A stretch of DNA of 64,000 nucleotides from Owenia fusiformis (taxonomy: Eukaryota): the NCBI GenBank assembly GCA_903813345.2, contig CAIIXF020000001.1:39494001-39558000 (forward strand), read 5' to 3'. A program made the translations under genes and the position numbers. The notes under the pieces were generated by a model. The model was not told where the DNA came from. It ran no database searches and worked only from the letters and a program-made list of their open reading frames with translations. Each line of letters begins with the position of its first letter. The stretch's first letter is position 1. Below, piece after piece: positions 57,090 to 64,000 of this stretch.

Positions 57090-57505
57090 ATAGGATATCC
57101 TATGATTTTGAGGAATATCATTTTTATCTACGAGGTGATATTGATATCTGCACGAGAGAGCGAAGCGAACGAGTGCATATATCAATATCACCGAGTAGAT
57201 TAAAATGATATTCTGAAAAAATCATAGGATGTTCTTATTATCCTACACTTACAAGGAGTGTACTAAATGTATAATATCATTGCAAAGTGAATTCCATGCC
57301 AAATAGAGTCAATTTGGCAGGAAATCAACAAGCGGAGTATATCGTCACAATATCCTCCGCATATTGGGTTTTCCGGAGTATATCGTCACGATATCCTCCG
57401 CCCGGAGTATATCGTTACGATATCCTCCGGATATTCATTTTGCCAATAAATATCAAATTTATTTTTTAATGTTATTATACATTTAGTACACTAAGTGTAG
57501 GATAA
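57090..57505. repeat. Hairpin-type unclassified repeat with internal 3x repeat
   Basis: ~70-bp arms around a gagagcgaagcgaa loop; ttatcctacactt/aagtgtaggataa IR; three cggagtatatcgtcacgatatcctccg units. Confidence 0.75.
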
Positions 57506-59818
57506 AGTAGAATATCTCTTGGCTTTTCAACATAGCACCATATTTGACTTTTCAGGCTCTACTTTTATGATTCTATGCCTATATAATGTTACTTTGCAAT
57601 ATCATACATGTACATAATCATGTACGTGCCTACATGAAGTTTTGAAAGAGTATAGAGCTAGATTCAAAGCACCGTTCTTGCGAGTTTCAAATGAAAATAT
57701 TGAAAAACGCGCGAGTATGAGGACCGCAACTTTTTTATGTCTACACTGACAAAAACGGAAGTGCACGTCACAAAACTGATGGGTTAAGGCAATGTACCGT
57801 CCCACTGGCATGGATTTCGGTACAACGCGCATCGGTAGGCCCATGTTGGTTTTCGGCACAATGCGCGTCGGTATAATGGGTTTCGGTATAATGCGCGTCG
57901 GTATAATGAGGTGATCCCTCTTCTATATCTTCATATAAAGTCACCATGGACAGCCGATCTTTTAAATCTCGACACAACTCATTCTCACTTTTCTAATGTT
58001 AATGTGTTTTTTCTCGAATGGCAAAGACGACTTTCAGGATAACAATGTGGGATTTTTAACCATTTCTGAATAATTGAATTTAAATACATACCATTGTCTG
58101 ATTCCATTGTGTATCGTGTAATACAATACAGATTAAAGAAACTAGTATGATCAATCGATTTAAAGAAGCATGTTCGTGATCAATGATACCAATACGCGAT
58201 AACGTTTAATTTTGTTCAGTTTAGCTACCTCTCGTTTGAAGAGCTCTCATGTATGGTACAACTTCGTCTACATCCGGGTTCTTTCCCATTGGATTACACA
58301 GGGGTGCTATTTTCAATGCCGCACTGCGGCTCTATTAAACATTTATGTAGAGTTTCATTTGCACAAACGATAGGTATGTATGTAATTAAGATATATGACA
58401 AAGCTTTTTGAGCTACACTGTATAATCCCCAGATCCGAAGAAATGTGTAGTTGAAAATGCCGTCCAATTCCTGTGACGTCACTGATATCCCAGAAATTGC
58501 TCAGACGCCATCGAAGATCGAAAAATATAAATAATGTTACTTTGAATCTCCGATTATATTTCTAATTATTGAATAGATTGGATTATATAACTATGCTTGA
58601 GGGCTGATGGAACATCAGAAGCTGAGAAACGTTCAGAGTAATTGACTTGTTCGGCGGGCCAATGAAAATTTGTCCTTTCCAAAGCGATGCATCATGGAAG
58701 ATATTTATGTAAATTACCCCCTGAACTCTTATCGCGAATAGGAGTATTAACCCTAATGTCTGCAAACTTTTTATAACACTAATTCACAAGACCAAATAAC
58801 CTCCCCTCTACAAAGGTCAAATCGAGGTCAACGTGATTTAGAGGTGCCAAAAATGCAGGTAATAGCTTTTCCAGAACGTTGTACTTTTATAAAATGTATT
58901 TACAAAGATAGCGGGTATCGCCAAAGCCCATTAAAATCAATAAAAAATGAATAATCAACAATTTCAAGTTGTTTTTGTCTTTGACATTCATATTTCAAGA
59001 AGTACTACCAAAACAATGAGTGATTTAGTAAGAAAATAGGTAAATGCTGCATAAGCATTACGGAACATGCACAAAAACTGCAAAGGTATTCATCGTAAAG
59101 AGAACGCGATTCACGAATATTTAGCGAAATTGTAGCTTTCTTTTAAAATGCATAAGATAGTCAATAGTGGCTCGATTTTTATGAAATCTGTTCAAAAATT
59201 ATTTACCAAAATGAGCAATAACGATTACTAAATGCATTTTCTACAGTTTTAGAAACAAGGTACATAACTTTCAATATTTTAAAACTAATTCAATATTTCA
59301 TGAATTTAATTTTTCAAAAAGTGTCATTCATCTGCGGCCCAGGTTAGAAAATAACAGAAGCACAAAAACCTTGAAAAGAGTACTATTGAAAAATCGAGCA
59401 TGATCATATGGTATAAAAAAACATTTCTTTAGGCTAGTGTGCTCGAGATATATACACACTACTATACCTAACACCTAGAAATGCATAAGATACTTTGTTT
59501 GTCTAATTGAATTGTTTAATATATTTTTGAAAGTGCCTTACTAGCATCTAATTTTCAACCGATAAACCATTCATAAGGAACAGACAAATAAAAACAAATA
59601 CATAATCATTACTAATAAGCCAAATGGGTTGCTCATGAACACCTAATGCAAGGTATAGTAGTGTGATATATATAATATGCCACCTATTTTGGAGTTGCCA
59701 GACATGAAGGCTATCAATTTTCAAAAGAATTCCTAGGTGACTCTCTCCATGATGCCAAAGACTTGCCTTTATCCGAGGATAGTGAAACTGACATGGAATA
59801 GTTCTAAAATTATTAATA

Positions 59819-61564
59819 CACGTCGCACGAAACTGGGGACAATTAGCGTAACATTATGGCGTCAAAAAACCAAAACAAAACAATGAGCAGTATAGGGCGC
59901 AAACAGCCTTACAACGTCAAAAACGACAAGCGTCACATTTTTTACAAGTTTACTCAACCTAAAAATAAAATACTTTATCCTTATCTAATCATTACAAAAT
60001 TCACAGGGTAGCAAGATCTCGAGGACAATATTTCTAAAATGTTTTTGAATTTTGAAAAACGGTCAAGAAATCCATTTGGGGCGTTAGTAAAAATTGATAT
60101 GTATGGAATTTGTGGTACAAAATCGATGCGTCACATTTTTTCAAGTCTCGAAAACCAGCTCTTATTTTAATATTATTTGCAAAATAAACAAACTGGTTAT
60201 TGTTTTGTAAATTTCGCCATGACAATATTGTGCAGTTAATTTTTCTTTCAAATCAGACATAAATTAGGAGGTTAAATGAAGGTAAACTTATTGCTCGTCC
60301 CATTCGCCTTCAAAACCTTACACAATTTTGAAATTCTTAAAGTCCCCGTCTAAAGTTTGAAAATATTTTTTTATCATTAATTTATTATTTGTCAGGACTT
60401 AAAAAGTGATGTTAGAGATTTTTGAACAAAAAAAAAAATTTTGAAAAAAAGTTGTGAGCATTTCATTTCTCAAATATTCAAATTTCCCGCCATTTTTCAA
60501 AAAAAGTTGAAATTTCTTAATCATCAAATATTTCTTAATGCATTTCAAAAAAGATTATCTTTTTAACACCAATGCAAAGGTTGAACAAAGGACACACTAT
60601 TTCAATAATAAAATGCCATATTTAATGGGCCATTTCAATGTTTTAACATATCAAAAATATTTTGAAACATTAGTGATGTCACTAAGGTACCAAAAACTTT
60701 TTGAAAAAAATTGAAATTTTTTTTTCGATGTCAATCTTTTCTAAATATGTTAGACTTTCATAAAAAACAAATGTTGATTGTCTAACCAGGTTAAAAGGAA
60801 GAATAAATTATGTTTTAGATATCAATGTACCATTGGTTTCTATGAGAACTAAAATTTTGAAATGCATTTTTCTCAGAACCATTTTCATGCACTGATAAGT
60901 TCATTTCTCGCTTATTTATGAAACGATTTTCTTAATTTTTTCGGCAAAAAACATGGGAGGATGAATGCTATGCATTGGTATGAATAGTGGCTAATTAGAA
61001 GATATGAGTGACCTCTAAAAGTTGGTTTTAAATAAATTCCCAAATTTTGGAACAAAAAGTCTATCAAAAACCACTTTTTGAAATTAAAAAAAAAAGTTTC
61101 ACATATCACACTTTGATAACATTGGGTAAGACTACATTATAGGCCAAAGTGGTTTAAACTTTATATGGGGCCTTTAAAAGCGTTCGTTTTAAGATAATTT
61201 GAACTGTAGCCGTCAAGCAATTGTGACGTCATAAATGCACATGTTCGATTGAATAAAATGTGAAATTTTAGTGGGATTGATTTTGATCATTATTTCAAAA
61301 GTTATCCCAATTTCAACGAGCCCCGTAAGCGCAAAGTGTTACGTCTTACAGCGTATTTGACGATGTCGGGGTATATTTAACTTTAATAATATGTAGGATC
61401 CCATCAAAATTTTGAAGGAAAAATAATTTCACTGAAATGCAAATAAAAAATACTTCAAAAAGATATATAAAACACATAGTTAGCTTTTTAAATGAGGCAG
61501 AGATTAACGCTCAAAGCTGAGATCAGCCCGCATTTCCCGAATTGTCCCCAGGTCCTTGCACGTC
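59819..61564. mobile_element. Degenerate TIR element hosting a Kolobok-like MITE
   Basis: acgtcgcacgaaactggggacaatt ... aattgtccccaggtccttgcacgt. Confidence 0.5.
60341..61173. mobile_element. Kolobok-like MITE (TTAA TSD)
   Basis: ttaa|agtccccgtctaaagttt ... aaactttatatggggcct|ttaa. Confidence 0.7.
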
Positions 61565-62729
61565 ATATAAAATATCTGTTATGGGTTTGGTCAAAATATC
61601 GATGTCAATCGAAAAACGTAATTAATTTCATTAGGCGGAGGGGGCCAAACACTGATTTCATTAGGTGACGGACATCGATTTTCGTTTTCCTAGGAATTTC
61701 AATTTTCAAGATTTTTGGTTTTGTTACAAGGGGGAGGGGGGGGGGGTGGTTTAGACCTAAATAAATTTCTATGGGTACCTATTGGTACCCATAGAAATTC
61801 AATAAATACTAATATGTTGTATCAAAGCTTTAGAATATTAATATCAAATATATTACAATACAATATTTTGACAGTTTACCAGTACATGTATTTTGACTAA
61901 AACATTTTCCTTGTGTTAAGTATGGTGTGAATACTACTCCAAGGCTATTAAGATACCTTTTCCCCCATGGAAATAAATGTAAAGTCAGGTTTATTTTATT
62001 TAGGTATGTTTAAGGAAATTATTTGATCATTAGATGGATTTTACCAACTTGACCTTTTTGCACCCAGTGACATCATTGGGCTATCATTTGACCTAATTTT
62101 GAAATATTATTGTGAAGTACATTTATGAGGATACTCTAGATGCAAAATAAGTTAGATTCTGATGGGGGCAGAAAGGGGGTCTGTTGGGACGGTACCTTTT
62201 ATATGCGGATGCATAAGAACACAGGAGCTCTGCTCGATAAGGAATAAGGAATCTTTGGCAACTCAAATACCAGTAGACGGATCCGGTTGAAATATGCCGA
62301 TGCCAAGAGAGAAAGAAGCTCTGGTCAAGGAGACATTTTCAAAAAGGCCAATTAATTTCAAAATGGCAGTCATCTTTCGTAAAAAACATAATCTCCAATA
62401 CTTCAAATACTAATGGACAGATTTGGTTCAAATTTCACATGTTTATACCTAGGGACAAGGGAGCTCGGTTCGAGAAAAGATTTTCAAGATGGCTGCTATT
62501 TATCAAATCAGGTTTTGTTTGATGGGATTTGCTACTCCGAGGAGTTTCAGTTTTCTAGTTTGAAGGTTTAAAAAATGAAGGATAACGAGGCCGACACGTA
62601 ACTGCTCCATTTTTCTTCAAACTTGTTCCATTCAAAACCACTTCTTGTACAAAAATACTTTGAAAGTAAGACATATTTGATCTGTAGTGGCCATTTGGAA
62701 AACGGATTAATAATGTTGTCCGACTTCAT

Positions 62730-63263
62730 GCAGTATCCACTTGTGATCATCTCGATTACGCTGGTACAGTTTCGGTAACAAAATGTCGGAACATCGAAGC
62801 TATGATTTTTCTTTTTTCCTTAGATCACACCTTGTAGGCAGAATTCTAAAGACTTTTTAAAAACAAACGTGTATCGGCAACATATGTTTAAGAAAATGTA
62901 CACATTTGCGAACAAATAGTTCAGAAGACAACAGAATCGTCGATTCAATTCCTCACTTAAGTTACAGAAGCAGTATTTCGAAAACCGATAAGATCTGCAC
63001 TTTTAACCCAAATCGTTTCTGTGACTTAAGTGAGGAATTAAATCTACGATTGTTTTCTTCTGAGCTATTTTTTCGCAAACATATACATACATACGATACC
63101 GATACACGTTTGCGAGAAAAACGTCGTGCGGATTCTGCCTACAACACGTGGATATAGGGAGAAAAAAAGGAAAAATCGTACCTTCGACGTTCCGACATTC
63201 TGTTACCGAAACGAAGAGTTTCGGTAACTACTGAGCGTAATCAAGCGGATCACCAGTGGGATC
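62730..63263. mobile_element. Inverted-repeat (MITE-like) element
   Basis: gtgatc..gattacgct..gtttcggtaacaaaatgtcggaacatcgaag inverted against cttcgacgttccgacattctgttaccgaaac..agcgtaatc..gatcac. Confidence 0.6.
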
Positions 63264-63731
63264 TCTGAATAGATGATGTTGAAGTATGTTTAAGAGCATT
63301 CAGTGTTGTCCTATATTCATAAAATATTCGATAGGATTATAGCCGCCTTGGCGTTGCTTTCTTCTAGTTTAGAATCGGAGAGTTGCATCTTTTGTCCTAT
63401 ATAGTTATGAAGGATGTATACGGTGGAAAATGTGTGAGAGGTCACAATGCGCATTTGTCTTCATGAGAGATAACAATTAAAATACGAACATAATATTTCT
63501 TTTTATTTGAAGAATATATTAATAACATAGAAGTTATACTGTAACCATGACAACAAACATTCATATACATAACAGATTTACTTATACACGTAATAACAGT
63601 TCTTAAAAATGTCATTTTTGACACACGATTGACCGAGGTTTGCGTGTACGTCAAGCATTAGAATGGGTTATAACAATTGGATAATTAATATTGGTCAATT
63701 CTAGATGACTATTAAGTCAAAATTTGAATCA

Positions 63732-63994
63732 CTATTTCCTCGATGAGTGTCTCAACAAGCGAGCAAGTAGCTCTGAAGAAGGACCGTTCATTAGTTCCTC
63801 AAGTTCCGAAGCTAGTCCATTATTCTGTGAAGCTTTACCACCGGAAGGCAAAATTGCCTTAACCAGGTCGTTCAGTTTGGCAGTTAGACGTCCGTCCAGT
63901 GGGCTCGCAAGGTTCTGGTTGATGTAGTTTTGTAGATCGTTGAAGAAATATGAATAGAGTTCAGTGGGCAACAACGCCGAAAGCAAATTATTAT
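63732..63994 (-). CDS. Probable terminal coding exon of an unidentified convergent gene continuing beyond the window
   Basis: On the minus strand the window begins tttcag| and continues in an open frame NNLLSALLPTELYSYFFNDLQNYINQNLASPLDGRLTAKL...LLRHSSRK*; more GC-rich than its flanks. Confidence 0.5.
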
Positions 63995-64000
63995 CTGAAA

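Noticed and set aside
49610..57910. One 8-kb transposon bounded by inverted cattataccga repeats (49612-49680 and 57815-57910)
   Set aside because: No matching termini or TSD; more likely two independent fragments of a small repeat family.

Overview
AT-rich, intron-rich eukaryotic (invertebrate metazoan-like) genomic DNA, not prokaryotic. Most of the window (3927-46858, + strand) is one complete otoferlin-like (type-2, DysF-less) ferlin gene. I reconstructed it by hand as about 44 coding exons (about 2,060 aa) with consistent GT-AG phases: C2A, C2B, FerI, C2C, FerA, FerB, C2D, further C2 domains and a C-terminal TM anchor. It carries two pairs of internally duplicated exons. One pair is two alternative 181-nt terminal exons, each encoding a full TM/C-terminus, the same architecture as mammalian OTOF exons 47/48. 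The other is two paralogous phase-0 'LDWWSxY' exons. Four minisatellites are built from the gene's own exon boundaries (three splice acceptors and one stop codon). Introns and the downstream region are full of non-autonomous DNA transposons (Tc1/mariner-, Kolobok-, Academ-, MULE- and Helentron/HINE-like). They also hold a mariner whose D34D catalytic region is split by a non-LTR retrotransposon, a tRNA-derived SINE and a possible Polinton terminus. A probable last exon of a convergent gene lies at the right edge.
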